Assembly (NCBI GenBank): GCA_964252035.1
Contig: OZ176216.1
Source of the DNA: Podarcis erhardii
Lineage: Eukaryota
DNA length: 64,000 nucleotides
Strand: one strand, 5' to 3'
Shown piece by piece: positions 21,378 through 34,475 of the stretch. The notes under the pieces are model-generated. The model saw only the letters and a list, made by a program, of their open reading frames with translations, did not search any database and was not told the DNA's origin. Positions within the stretch are counted from its first letter, which is position 1, and each line of letters starts with the position of its first letter. Position numbers and translations under genes: made by a program.

Positions 21378-23261
21378 GGTTAAGCTGTTCAGTTTGCATA
21401 TCAGAAGAGGTAATATTTATGAAGTGGAATTCCTGCAAAGTCTTTAGGATAAACTAAAAAAGAAGAAGTTACATTTCAGTTCTGCTACCCTGCAGACAGG
21501 CTCATGGCAATGCACACAATTCAACCATCACAACAACCTGCCTAGGCTGAGAGATGGTAACTGGCCTAAGTTCACTTAGCAAGGCTTGTGGCTGAGCCAG
21601 GGACTTTACCTTGGGCCTCCCTCATCTGAGTCCAAAGTGCTGACTGCAACATTAACAGCAGCTTTTATACAGGAAATTCTACTACAGAAGGAGTGGGGGA
21701 ACTTTTTCAGCTGAAGGGCCACTTTGACAGCCTTTCAGGGGCCACATGCTAGTGGTGGGGGGGGCAGATGCAAAAGTGAGTATAGCAACAAAGGTGAATT
21801 TTACCTTTGTACAATCAACTACTTTCTTCTCTCACACATGCCCTGCCCTGTCCACAATCCAGGCAAGCAAGAAGCAGGATTAGAGTTCAAGGGCACATTT
21901 CACCCAGGCAAAAACACTCAAGAAGGGTGCAAAGCAGGAGTGGAGAGGGGTGTGGACTGGGGAGGGTCCCATGGGCCAGGTAGAGAGGCCTGGAGGGGCA
22001 CATTTGGTCCAAAGGCCTGAGGTTTCCCAACTTTGCTGTGCAATGTCACCATGTTGACTCGGCCATGCCCACATCTTTAGGTGGTGGAATGAAAAGAGTA
22101 TGAGTAACAAAATGCCAACATATTTATAATCAGGTCTGGCAAAGACCTAAATCAGCAAGTGCTGTTTCTTATTTTTAGAGAGGATTGTCACAGTTGTTTC
22201 TTTGGTTAAAATAAGAGACTGTTACAGAATCCTGAGCCCTTTGAGTCTGCTAAGCCTGTGCAGGATAGCTGGAAGAAGGGAGAATGGGTCTTATGCCAGC
22301 CAAGCCTTAACTAATCCAATCAGTCTGGATGCTCACAAGCTTGGATGATCTCAGGTCTTATTTAAAACCAATGCAGTCACTTCTCTGCTACCCTGCTTCA
22401 TATTGGCACACGTGGTGCACAGTGATGTTGGTGAATTCAAGATGCACATACAGTGATATTTACTGCCAATGTTGTAATACTAAACAGATAATAAGCCCCA
22501 CTGAATGCGACCAAGTAAACAGGCATAGCGTTGTTGCAAGCTTATAAAGACTCGTAAGCTCCATTACATTCAGAGGGGCTTGTGAATAAATACATAGGAA
22601 CAGGGTGATGCACTTTTCAGCAAACATGCATGAAAGATGGAGACAAATTCTATTCCCCCCCCCCCCTTGTTCATTGGTTTGCTTCAAGTGGAGTGTGGAA
22701 AACTTTTGAATGCAGTAAGAGCAAAATCATGTAATGATGGCTGGTATGCAAGATCCAGATAAAATTTAGGCAATGCAAACCACCCTGTGTCGTGGTAATC
22801 TACTGAAAAGCAAGTCTCGTTCCAATAAATGGGTCTTGCTTGCATGTACGTAGAATCTCAGCCACAGACTCACTCTTGGCACAAAATAAATTGTAAGGCA
22901 CACACTGGGTGTTAATTTAAAAAAGGCACAGGAGGGTAGGGAGGTTAGTGAGGTAAGTATTAGTCCTGAACACATTTTACTCAGCAGTAAATCCTACATA
23001 TTTTGGGTATGCAATTCTAGGATTTATCTGCCAGTGCTGAGTGGGGAGAGATAATGAGTGCATTTGTGCAACTGGAGCATACTGTAAAACTACCATCTTG
23101 TGCTCAAGTTGCCAGCTGTGTGCGCACATCTGCAATCTTCAATTACTTACCTGGAAGCAGTTTTTACTTCAATAAATACTTACTTCTGAGTAAAAACATG
23201 TCCAGGATAGCAAGGGCACCCTAAAGGTTAGGCATTTCCCTTGTAGGCATTGAGGGTGTGA

Positions 23262-23455
23262 GACTTGAGTACACACTATACCTTTAAAGCACATCCAAAG
23301 CACATTTCCCTCTCAAAGAATTATGGGCACCGTAGTTTACCACTCCCTGAATTGCAATTTCCATCAATCCATAGCCAACCAGAGTGTCCATAATTCTTTG
23401 AGGGTGAAGCTGTGCTTTGAATGTGCTTTAAAGGTACAGCTGTAAGCAGCCTGAG
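23262..23455. mobile_element. Palindromic MITE (PIF/Harbinger-like?), second copy about 37525-37695
   Basis: Inverted arms tacctttaaagcacat..caaagaattatggg / cataattctttg..atgtgctttaaaggta. Confidence 0.55.
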
Positions 23456-23799
23456 AGGGAAGGGAGCAAGCCACGGCATGCACCACGTGGAAAACCTGAG
23501 CAGCCACCCACAGCAGTGCCCTACTTGGTGAGTTAGTGGAATTCTGGATTTTGCTGCTAAAGACGGAAGGGGTCACATTTTTGAATACTACTTCCCGTTC
23601 ACATTTATATATGTAGATAAAAAGCCCGCATCCCTGCAAGGAGAAAACTAGCGCTTCAGCGAGAGGCTCAACATTTCTCTGCTAACTGATGGCATACAAG
23701 GGATAATAAACAACATGAAAGGGCAAGTTCAAAAGCGACCCTCCCACTTGGAAAGTGAAGTGGTACAGTCTGAGAATGCATAAGGTAACAGCTGCGGCT

Positions 23800-24330
23800 C
23801 CTTTCTATAGAGTCTTCTCGCCCTGAGAGAGGGAGAGACACGTTTTCCTAGCGGCCGCCGGCGCCCCAGCACGGAAAGAGACTGCGCTTGCGCGTGTCTG
23901 TTTGCCCGGACCCATCATGGCGACCGCCACCTTCAGCTCTGACGTGTCCCTCTCTTGACTGCCGGGAGGAGCCTGCCGTCGAGGCCGTTCTCGTGCCCAC
24001 ACTCGGCATGGCGGCCAAGGGGCCCCGGCAGCGGCCTCGAGGGGGAGGTGGGGATGCGGCAGCGGCGGCTGCCGTTTCCCGCCAGCGAGAAGAAGCGCCC
24101 CCGCCGGCCACTGAGGAGACCAAAGCCGAGTAGGTGGCAGATAATGGGGTGGGGTGAGCGAGGAGGATATGGGGGGGGGCTGCCATTAGGTGGTGACTTG
24201 GAGGCACGGAGACACTTTCTAGGGGGGAGGGTTGCCTGAGGTAAATGGGGTCCCCTCGAGGAATTTGAGGGAGGGTCCGATAGGGAAGTCTCCTTTCGAG
24301 GTGGACTCGTGGGGGTGGGTCCTGTGGCGC
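23800..24330 (+). promoter_or_regulatory. ALG9: ALG9 CpG-island promoter
   Basis: CpG-dense; NRF1-like TGCGCTTGCGCG 23883-23894; YY1-like ATGGCG 23917; TGACGT half-CRE. Confidence 0.8.
24008..24129 (+). CDS. ALG9: ALG9 alpha-1,2-mannosyltransferase exon 1
   Basis: ggcATGG; MAAKGPRQRPRGG..TKAE; donor GA|GTAGGT in phase with exon 2. Confidence 0.85.
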
Positions 24331-25572
24331 CTGAATTACTAGGGCCTTCCTGACTTTTTAATTTTTATTTTATGGGGGCATTGGGCTGAGGGAAGCTTCC
24401 TTAGGAGTCGGGCTCAAAGGGTCATGAGCTGTGGGGCTTTGGAAATGGAATTTATGGAATTCTCTTTTTGTTTTGGTTGTTGGATGATTGTAAATTTCAA
24501 AATTTGGAAAAATTAAATGAATTTGAAAATTTGAAGAAGAAAAAGGAAGTGGAGCAGGGGTGGGAGACACTTGACTGGCTTTAGGCTTTGTAAAATGCTG
24601 TGTTGCATCATGAATATAAGCCATGTTGAGATACAGATTGTTGCTTGGAAGTAGAAGGACTCCCACAAAAAAATTGCACCTCTCAGAATCGTGTAACTCC
24701 CTCCCTTGAATCTCTGTCCACCACTGTCATATTCCACACACATAAACAAACACATCCCTCAATCCTGTAGGAGACATGAAGCAGACTTGAGGACATTGTC
24801 CAGAGGATAGAGTCTCCCTATTATTTGTAACTCCCTCACCCTATTCAGCTGCCTCCCCGCACTGCAAAAAACAAAACAAAACCACACATGTCCCATAACA
24901 GCATCATATAAATAGACAGGGTCAGTAGTATTCACACACACACAGAGGAAGAGCTTTGTGGGACTCTCCCCAATTCTATGGAGACTGCATCAAGACCAAT
25001 AGGATGTGTTGCTGTTCTCCCCACATATAAATGGGATGTTTCATGGGGGATTCTGAAGCAGAGAGAGACACACTTCTTTCTCTCTAATGCCACAGGCTCC
25101 CATTTGGGTGTGTGTACAGTAGCTTTGCATTCTTGTACATAGTTTATTGAACTGAAGGCAGGATACTGCCTCAAAGCAAGAAACTAATGCAGTTCTTGTT
25201 CCTGCCAGCAGCCATGCAAGAAGGTATTTAGAAAAGAACCTTTAGCAACCCGTGGGGTGGACATGACATCCTTCTTGATTATAGGCCAACCAAGGTTTGG
25301 GCCGATCAGTATTTTGTCAGAAGAAGAATCTGCACTCACTGATCAATGTGCAAATCAGTGAGAATTGACCTGCAGTCGTCTCCACAGTGAGAATTTTTAG
25401 ATGTGTGCAGTATTTCTGGGTGTTTAAAAATGCTTCATTTTAAAATCTGGAATGATTCCCTGAGCACCCTTCCCTTCTCTCAGCTTCAATCACCTTGCCA
25501 CTTTGGTCTAATCCCCTCACCTTATCATCCACTCATGGGGCTAACACCTGTCTTTTTTTGGCTCTCCCCTAG

Positions 25573-25711
25573 GTCGTCTGGGAGCAAAGCAGGACATGTC
25601 TGGGCCCCTGAAGGATCTACAGCTTTCAAGTGTCTAATCTCAGCCAGGTTCTGTGCTGCACTGCTGAGTAACATCTCCGACTGCGATGAGACATTTAACT
25701 ACTGGGAACCT
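25573..25711 (+). CDS. ALG9: ALG9 exon 2
   Basis: SSGSKAGHVWAPEGSTAFKCLISARFCAALLSNISDCDETFNYWEP|GTGAGT. Confidence 0.96.
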
Positions 25712-26020
25712 GTGAGTCTCGTTCATGTCTGTGAAGTGCCTTGTTGGGGTGTGAAGGGGGTACATGTTCAACCCAAATCCTTAATCACTCCTGAATTGAG
25801 TAGTAGTGGTATCCAGGGTATACCCTGTGGTTTGTTGTGATGCAGGATCACGATCCTGCAGGTTCATGTTTCCTAAGGGTGACACTGCAAATCCTTTGCT
25901 CTTCCTGTTAATCTTTTGCTCATAACTGGCTTAGCTTTTAGCATTGTGTGTGTGCGCACACATCTTACTAAAGCGAGAATTGGAACACCTTCTGACTTGA
26001 TTTTGTAACACGTCCTACAG

Positions 26021-26155
26021 ATGCACTACCTTGTTTATGGTAAAGGCTTCCAGACATGGGAATACTCTCCTGTCTATGCCATCCGCTCCTACGCATACCT
26101 GTGGCTCCATGCCTTACCAGCCTTGTTCCACGCCAGAGTTCTGCAAACAAACAAG
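26021..26155 (+). CDS. ALG9: ALG9 exon 3
   Basis: MHYLVYGKGFQTWEYSPVYAIRSYAYLWLHA..LQTNK|GTAATG. Confidence 0.96.
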
Positions 26156-26815
26156 GTAATGTGTATACTTCAGGAGTCAGGAATCCCAGGCCCAGGGCCA
26201 AACGCAGCCCTCTCTGTCTGGCCCTTGCTATCACCCAAGGCCACACACCCTCACCAGCCCTATGTCATACCCTCTTTGAATGTTTTTGCCTGCCTGGAAT
26301 GTGTCACTGAACTTAACTAATGCCTCTTGATTGTGTGGAAACTAGCTTAGAATACAAAGACATTGCTCTGTCCACTTCTGCCTTTGCCATCACCTACCGC
26401 TAGTATGTGAGGTCTAGAAAGTTGCTCAGATGGTTGGGTAGCCCTCAGTCTGAAAGATATTCCCCTCCCCCCATGGCATACCTTGACTTCATCTATGTGC
26501 TGGGTGCTTCCTCCATGGCTCACCCAAGCTTCCCCTGTCCCCAACCTCCTTCCCTCCCTTCTGCTAACATGGACTCCTATATCCTTGGTGCAGTGTGGGA
26601 CACCCAGTTTGCACATTGCAAAGGGTCTGCCCACAGTTTACTGGAGTCAAAAACAGCCTAACATTCTGTTTGTTAATCAAATATCCCTTTCTTTTTTAGT
26701 TTGGGCAAGTCCATCTTGGTGAAAGCTCTGGCTTTATGAGTCCTTACTCATAAGGACAGGGGTATGTGGGTTTGACTCTGTCTGCAAGCATTGTAATTGT
26801 AACTGTTCATCCTAG

Positions 26816-26886
26816 GTTCTCATCTTCTACTTCTTGCGCTGTCTCCTGGCCTTCCTGAGTTGTGTTTGCGAGCTTTACTTTTATAA
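26816..26886 (+). CDS. ALG9: ALG9 exon 4
   Basis: VLIFYFLRCLLAFLSCVCELYFY-AA|GTGAGT. Confidence 0.95.
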
Positions 26887-27928
26887 GTGAGTACAGAAAG
26901 TGCTTCCTCTATTACCATTGTGAATACTATGACCATTGACACAGCTGTCACTGAATGGGAATTTGTCAGTTCATCATATAAGAAATGTGCCTTGATAAAC
27001 TACTGGGCAAGTACATTTCTAGAGATCTTGGGCATGTTTTCTGTGTGCATATCTTACATTGTAAGCCACCTTAAGGATCTGATTCAGTTAGAAATCTTAA
27101 GAGCTGGAGCAATTTTGTAGGTTGGCCTAGGATATAAATCATTATTAAACTGTCAGATGAGACAGTCTTACCATTGAGCTGCCATTCAGCATTGCTATCT
27201 GTACAAAACCTGCTGCTTCTGGTATCCCTCAGCACACCAGTCTCAACTGGCATGTAGCTGGGAGACTCCAGCAAAAAGGCATAAGGGGGCAGAGGTGGTA
27301 GGGGTTGAATGGAGAAGTTCAGAAGACTTATTGAGAAGGAAATATAAAGCCTGGTACTATGTATGCTGGTAGCTGGATTCATAGTACAGAACTGGCCAGA
27401 GGTCATGTTAGTACCTTAGAGGTGCCCATAAGCCGTTAACATCTAAAGCTGTGTTGTATTCATCATTTATTTATTGTAAGATTTTTTTTTTAACTTTTCT
27501 GGCAAACCTCACCAAGTGGTTAATATAAAAATGTTAAAACAGTATGCATAAATTAAAACTACATAATTAAACAGCCAAGACAAGCTACAAAGGGTGTGGA
27601 AGCTTTCTGCAAAATATATTTTCTTTCAGAGCAAGATGGCTGCTTTAGTTGAGGGAGACGCTATCTCGTCTGAAGCTAGTCTTTGGCCTGTTTAGCCCAC
27701 TCCTGGGTCTTTCCCAGCCCAGACTCCTAAGCCCCCCTTTAGCTGCATAAAACACACCTCTGCTTTGTCACTAAGTTACGTGATAGGTCTGAAAACATAG
27801 CTGCCTTATTCTGAGCCATGCCTTTGGTCCACATTGTTGTCTGCTGTGCTCGCAAGTTCTTGGCTTTTGCAGGTCATGGAACTTTTTGTGCACTGGAACT
27901 GCGCTTATTTTACCTTCTACTTCCCCAG

Positions 27929-28017
27929 GGCCGTGTGCAAGAAATTTGGGTTGCATGTGAGTCGTCTCATGCTGGCTTTCTTGGTACTCAGCACTGGGAT
28001 GTTCTGCTCAGCGGCTG
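27929..28017 (+). CDS. ALG9: ALG9 exon 5
   Basis: AVCKKFGLHVSRLMLAFLVLSTGMFCSAA-G|GTGAG. Confidence 0.95.
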
Positions 28018-28429
28018 GTGAGTTAAGAAGTGAATTGCTTGAGGGTTAGGAACCGATTTCATATTGACTTTTGATGGGCAAGGATATTCTCCTGCAGAAT
28101 TTGCATTTTTGGGTAGAGATGGGTAAGAGGTTGCATGAGAGGTGGAAATTATATGGTCTGTATAGGCAAATCTTTCCTTCTCTCTCTTTCCAGCTCCCTG
28201 TATGCTGTTTGAATGATTCAGCTAACATTCACATATACCAGAGCTTTCAAAACTGTGTGTCGCAACACATTAGTGTGTCGGCTGCAGTGTGTAGGTGTGT
28301 TGTGTGAACACTTCCTGCACTCCTCCCAGGCCTGGATAGGGGTTAGGTTAACCTCTGGTTTTTTAGTAAAACTGAATTACGGTGTTGCGAAATGATGCAT
28401 GTTTAAAAAGTGTGTCACCAACATGAAAA

Positions 28430-28661
28430 TATTCAGGTAGGTAGCCGTGTTGGTCTGACACAGTCGAAGTAAAAAATAATAAATAAATAAATAATTGTCC
28501 AGTAGCACCTTATAGACCAACTAAGTTTGTTCTGGTATAAGCTTTCGTGTACATGCACTCTTCTTCAGGTACACAGACACACACTTTAGACTTCAGACAC
28601 ACTTCTGAAGAAGTGTGCATGCACATGAAAGCTTAGTTGGTCTTATAAGGTGCCACTGGAC

Positions 28662-28694
<33 letters not shown>

Positions 28695-28699
28695 TTTTT
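28430..28699. mobile_element. Fold-back Penelope-like element remnant with two inverted hammerhead-like cores
   Basis: 12-bp TSD CCAACATGAAAA at 28418-28429 and 28700-28711; near-perfect inverted arms about 28476-28568 / 28605-28698. Confidence 0.75.
28535..28572 (-). ncRNA. Minimal type I hammerhead-ribozyme-like motif
   Basis: Minus strand reads GUAC CUGAAGA A-GAGUG-CAUG-UACAC GAAA GCU U AUAC. Confidence 0.55.
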
Positions 28700-29214
28700 C
28701 CAACATGAAAAGTTTGGAAAGCTCTGGCATATACTTTTCAATCTTTTCTTCATACCAATGGGGGCCAGAAACTTGTAACAAAAATAAATACTGAGATGTT
28801 CAGGATTCTGAAAAGGACATTGGATTTTGCACTAGGTAGTCAGTGCAGACTTTTGTGCATCCAGATTCTGTGGAATTAGCAATGCATAAGGACTGTTTCT
28901 GGTTTTAAGATCAGTAGAATCAGAACATGAAAGGCATTCACTTTGCTTACTGCAAGAGTCCTCACTATTTGTTGGATCCTCAGGTGTAACTGGAGTAAGG
29001 GACTTGCCTTGCTCCCTGAGCCACTTGCATCTTGGCATAAAAAGAGACCATCTGTTGCAGAACATTTCCAGAGATGAAGAATGAGCCTCCAGTTAGCAAG
29101 AGGTTGCTTAAGAATCACCTTTTCCAGCAGAAGGATTCCAAGCGTTATGTTGGTTCATATATAACCTCAAGTACCCCCACCCCTGCCAATCTGTCTTACA
29201 TTGTGTACAGCCCC

Positions 29215-29356
29215 TGACCCATCTAGCCTAGTACTGTCTACTCTGACTTGCAGCAACCTGGGCAGAGAGGGTTCTTTCCCCTCTTTTCCAATCTAATAGT
29301 TTTAACTGGAGACTGAACCTGGAACCTTCTGCATTCAAAGCAGATGCTATCCCATT
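29215..29356 (-). mobile_element. tRNA-derived squamate SINE
   Basis: Minus strand gctgtagctcaatgggatagcatctgctttgaatgcagaaggttccaggttcagtc (A/B boxes); related copies at 49615-49960 and 52072-52403. Confidence 0.65.
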
Positions 29357-29517
29357 GAGCTACAGCGCCTTTCCTATGTCACATGTTCTTAGGTTTGTGC
29401 TGAGAAAATCTACTGCTGATAAGGAGTCCTGAAATGACCCCAAATCATCTGTGGGGCTCTGAATGCTTTCTGCTTTCTCCCAAACCCTGATTCCTTTTTG
29501 CTTCTTTTGCTTTTCAG

Positions 29518-29653
29518 CCTTCCTCCCCAGCAGCTTCTGCATGTACAGCACAGTAATAGCAATGACGGGGTGGTACATGGATAAAATCTCTCTGGCGGTC
29601 CTGGGCGTGGCTGCAGGAGCCATTGTGGGCTGGCCTTTCAGTGCAGCACTTGG
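29518..29653 (+). CDS. ALG9: ALG9 exon 6
   Basis: FLPSSFCMYSTVIAMTGWYMDKISLAVLGVAAGAIVGWPFSAAL-GG|GTAAG. Confidence 0.96.
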
Positions 29654-30676
29654 GTAAGCAAAAGGGAGTGGGGAATGTGGAAGCATTCAGGGACAGGTAG
29701 CTCTAGGTGGTCCCTAGCCAGCTGCAAGGGCAATGATGTCTCTCCAAGACTGATCAGTTTCACTATTGTCCTCAGGTTATTATAGCTCTGTGAGTAGGGC
29801 TGCAATGTTTGATTTGCTTGGGATTGTAGCTGCGCAATTGTTGTTCCTTGAAGAAATGTAAATGTTGTGCTTTGGAACCTGGTTGTTTTGCATTCCATTC
29901 AGGTGCTGTGACACTCAGCTATTGAAAACTCTTTAATTAACTTCCTAGGCCCCATGGTGGCTAGAGGAAAGTTTCAGAAATATGTGGGAGGTACCGTCAA
30001 AATTAGCGAGAGCTTCCATTAGTTAAGAGTAAACCTGGAAGCATTCAGCTATTATTGCAACTGGAATTGTTCAAGTTAAGAAATTATATCACCATGTGAT
30101 TTATAAAATTCTGAGCAGAGAACTTTGCATGCTGCCATCACAAGTGATACCTTAAGACACTGCTTTGTAGGCACTAAGTAGGTTTCTGTAGCAGTAGTGC
30201 TTCCCTAGAAAAGAGAGAGGAGAGATAACAGGTAGCTCTTATCCTGCTATGTTCACCATGGAAAGGGGATTCCCTCTGTTACTCCAAAAGGATTGCTCTA
30301 ACTTACCTCTCTCCGCTCTTTGCACCCCTCCCTTTTTTGTCCTCTATTTCCAAAGTTATCCAGCCAAATTGTTCCAAACTATGCTTTTTCTATCTCTGTT
30401 CCTTTTGCTGCTCTGTGTTACAGTGCTATTTATCTATTCCCATGATTCATAAATGTCACTCCCTACTCCCTCTGCTGTTCTTAGGGGGAAAAAATGAATT
30501 CCTTTGCATCCTTGATTAATTTAGAAACAGGATTATATTCAAAGGTAGGTGGGTGGGGCTCCACATAGTTGGTTTTGGGAGGGGGGAGGACTAGAGTGAG
30601 TGTGCAAGGGTCAACTGATAAATGTTTTTAAAATCCAAGTTGAGATGGGAATATTTTTGGCATCTCCTTTTGCCAG

Positions 30677-30764
30677 GCTTCCTATTGCCCTGGACTTCCT
30701 CATCCTGAAAAGAAAGTGGAGAAGCTTCCTGAAATGGTTTCTGGTCGCACTAGTAGTGTTTCTG
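30677..30764 (+). CDS. ALG9: ALG9 exon 7
   Basis: LPIALDFLILKRKWRSFLKWFLVALVVFL|GTGAGT. Confidence 0.95.
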
Positions 30765-31383
30765 GTGAGTTTTCCAAGTTATTTGTGGAGAAATAACTCA
30801 GAGGGGAGTGTTGTATAATGGGAACCGAGTTCTTCCAAAGGGGTTACTGAGGAGGAAGGGTCTCTTTTCCATAGTTCTTGCACTTCTGACCCCCCACTCT
30901 TCCTTCCAAAGGAGTATTCTGCTCAGTGAAGTCATGTGGGCATATCCAATTGTTTTCTGCATGGCTTTCTGGACAGGAAGGTATTTTCTCTATGGCTAAA
31001 ATAGGCACCCTGGGAAGGAGCAGTAATGTTCATGTCTCCTCCCATATTGTGGCATCTTCACAGTGTGTGTTTCCAACAAGTCTCCCTTGACAGCAGTAGA
31101 TAATGTGTTGGCTGTGGGAGGGCAACATACACTGCAGTGCCCTTCATGGTAGAAGTGATAACTACAGCGTTTTTTTTTGGGGGGGGGTGCTGTATATGTG
31201 CACACACACTTGATGGGAGGATGCTATGTTCAGTGTCAGCCTTGCATCTGCCACAGCCTGTAGTTGTGCCCTAAGTTCTGGTCAGCACCGCTGTTTCACT
31301 TGGTTTCCAAATGTGGGAAACGCAAGTGCTGTCCTGGAATTGAGACAATCTAGAAACAGCTGTGTTCTTCTTGTTGAATGAAG

Positions 31384-31489
31384 GTGCCCCTGGTGGCTGT
31401 TGACAGTTATCACTATGGGAAGCTTGTGATTACTCCTCTCAACATTGTCTTGTACAACGTCTTCACACCACACGGACCGGATCTTTATG
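31384..31489 (+). CDS. ALG9: ALG9 exon 8 (not in ORF track)
   Basis: VPLVAVDSYHYGKLVITPLNIVLYNVFTPHGPDLY-G|GTGAGT. Confidence 0.95.
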
Positions 31490-33117
31490 GTGAGTCCACA
31501 CCTGTAGGACATACATAAATATTTTGGGGTGCTGGGTAGGGACCACAAAAGCTAAGGTGTGATAATGGTGCACAGTTTTATGGGTTGTTCCCAGAGCTGG
31601 CCCTGTTTGCAGAGCTTCCTCTAGCAGCTATACCGTGAAACACTTGGGTTGTGCAAGCCCCAGCAGCCTCTCCGAAGGAATCCGGGAGCAAACCTCTTAG
31701 ATTCAACTCAAGTCCTTAAAATCACAGCTACTTCAAGCAGACTGCATGAGTCGCTGATACAGTCTTGCGGCCTCTGAGGGATCAAGGGACACCTGAACTT
31801 GCTCTTAGTTTGGAACTTCTTAACTTAATCTGAAGCATAAGAAGAGATGTTTTACCTTGGTAAAGAGATGCACCACCTGCAGACTTGAAATGGGATTTCC
31901 GCCATGCAGACAGCTGGTCTCATTGAAATATACAGCAGGAAGCAGGCAGGCAGTATGTAGTTATGGAATTTGTGGACTATAGGGGTTTTGGTGAGTCTAA
32001 CCTTCTCTGAAACTGCTGGTGAATAAGTCCAAAATGAGGACATTTATGCAGCGGGTTGGGAAGCAAATTTAGTTTCCTGTGAGATGTTTCGGCTGAGTTG
32101 GTTACTGCCTTCATTTATTCCTTTATAAGGACCTGTCTTACATTGGGGTTATACTTTTTGGGTTCAGCTAGCTCCATACTGGCTACTCTGTACTGACAGT
32201 GGTTATCCCAGGTCTTGGAGGTGTTCCCCAGACTCTGAGTGGGAGGCAATGATGTATGTAAGACTGCAGCTTCTGGCTCTGTGGCTGTGGCTGTAACAGC
32301 AGCTTGATCTTTGTCCTTCTGTGAGTCCTTCATCTCTGCACAATGATTCCAGACACACATCACTGTTGGACCTCGGAGCCTCTTCTCTCTGTCACTGTAT
32401 TGAGCCTGACCTTTACACATTCCATGCATGAGCATGAGCTGGCTCTGGTGTCCTCAGGGGACCAGTGAAATTCTGAAGTGTCTTACTCAGAATGACGCTT
32501 ATGTAACATCTTCATGCTAATGAGAGAGCTGCTTTAATACTGTCTCGCCTGGAAACACGATGAAGAGCAGAATGCTGTGTGCGTTTAGACAGTGTCACTG
32601 AGGCACACACTCAAGGATGACTCAAGGTCGGATGTGTCTGGATGGATTTTGTTTGTTTGTTCTGACTTTGAAGTAAGATTCCGTGTTTGTCTCATCCATC
32701 TGGGTTCAATGCTCAGGCATGGAATCTGGCATTTTAATTTTTGTTTTTAAAAAGCAAGTTTCTAGATCTCATGGCTGCTGCTAAATGTTTGCAAGGGGAA
32801 ACAAAACAAGGCTTGAAAGAGGTCTTCTGATGGTCAGAAAAAGAAGACTCTCTTCCTTTTCCTGTAATTATTCCTCAGGGCTGGAATTTATATTTGTCAC
32901 CAAGGCTGTGAAAAATGCGACACCAGCACCTTGGAATTTGGGATATGCTGCTGTCATCTGTTCTTGCTGCCCATAAACCTCATCACCATGCTCTTGTTTT
33001 GATCCAGTACATGCAACCCCTTATTATCCACTGTCACCTTGCAGAATCCTGAACTGATTTAATGCATCATACTTTCTACTTCCAAGATAAGATTAAAGGG
33101 TTTTAGCCAGTGCCTGT

Positions 33118-33320
33118 GACGGGGCGAGCTCCCGTTGCTTGGTCCCTTCTCCTGCCAACCTAGCAGTTCGAAAGCACGTCAACGTGCAAGTAGATAAATA
33201 GGTACCGCTGGCTTCCTTGGCCAATAAAGCGAGATGAGTGCCGCAACCCCAGAGTCGGTCACGACTGGACCTAATGGTCAGGGGTATCTGTACCTTTACC
33301 TTAGAGTACCTTTACCTCAG
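33118..33320 (+). mobile_element. Sauria SINE, 5'-truncated and internally deleted
   Basis: gagctcccgttgct..ataggtaccgct joined directly to ggcttccttggccaataaagcg..tacctttacc. Confidence 0.85.
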
Positions 33321-34359
33321 AGTAGACATGGCTAACATAGGCCCAATGTGGATCAGATATAAATTTTGAAGAGAAGCAGAAGCATAGCAATTGACAGAGG
33401 AGAGGAAAATGGAGACAAGGAAGTAAGAAAAGAATGTAATCTTGGGTTTAGTTTCAGGAAGCAATGAGGACTAAAGTGAGTGTGACCTTGGCTCTTGGCA
33501 TTACTGGAGTGCTTCTTAGCTTCCATGCTTCCATGCTGCTTGATAATCCACATAGCAGTGGCAATGCTCTTACCTTGTGCTAGAACAGTGTTGGGTAACG
33601 TGGTGGCCATATTGGCCTAAAACTTAACAAGCCCCACTCCAAAGATACAAAAGCTCATAGCAATTTGCTACTGAAGAAGCCCCCAGGAGACGAAAGCAAG
33701 GCAAAGACACACAATGTCATCCTTTTTACTCTACTAGGCGGCAGGTGGTACAGGCCTCTGTTCCTAGAGAATGTTCACCCGCAAGTTCAGAAACCCCCAC
33801 AAATAGATGACTGTGTTGCTGGCCTTTGGGCTGTTGACTTTGCTCTGTTGGGGATCATGACTTCCCCAAATACACATTGGCCTAGGAAGGGTGAAGAAAA
33901 CCCCATTTTCCCTCCAGCAACCTTCTGCACCTCTTTAAAGGGGGGGGGGCTGCCCTTGTTCTTGAGAGAGCCATGGGTCTTAAAGGAGAAGAAGAGATCA
34001 GCTGAAGCAAGTCGTGAAGGTTGTCTGCTTCACAGGGCTGTCTGCAGCCAGCTGCTGGATGAATCGTTCTAAATTGAGGTGGAACCGCGATGTCTTTTGT
34101 TCCTTGCATGCTTTTTATAGCTCCACTACGCAATGCAGCGTTACCCCAGAACTATTCTAATCCCTTGAATCTCCTGTGCCTCTGCCAAGCCTTCTAAATT
34201 GGGAAAGCACCTTTGCTAAAGAATTAAAGGGGTGGAGGAAGAGAAAGAAGAACCGTTCGTTCTTTGCCATGGCAGGTGGGGGGAAGGTCAGCTGCCTTGG
34301 AATTGCTGAGGACCCCAAGAGCAAGGCACCCTTTCCCCTTTCTGCATGACTCTGTGTGA

Positions 34360-34475
34360 CAGCCTTCCCCAAACTAGTGCCCTCCAGATGTTTTGAAGAA
34401 CAACTCCCATCAGCCCCAACCGGCATGGCTGTTGCAATTTGAAGCATCCGGAGGGCACCATGTTGGGGAAGGCTG
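34360..34475. mobile_element. Short hAT-like MITE
   Basis: TIR CAGCCTTCCCCA/TGGGGAAGGCTG; degenerate 8-bp flank repeat. Confidence 0.7.
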
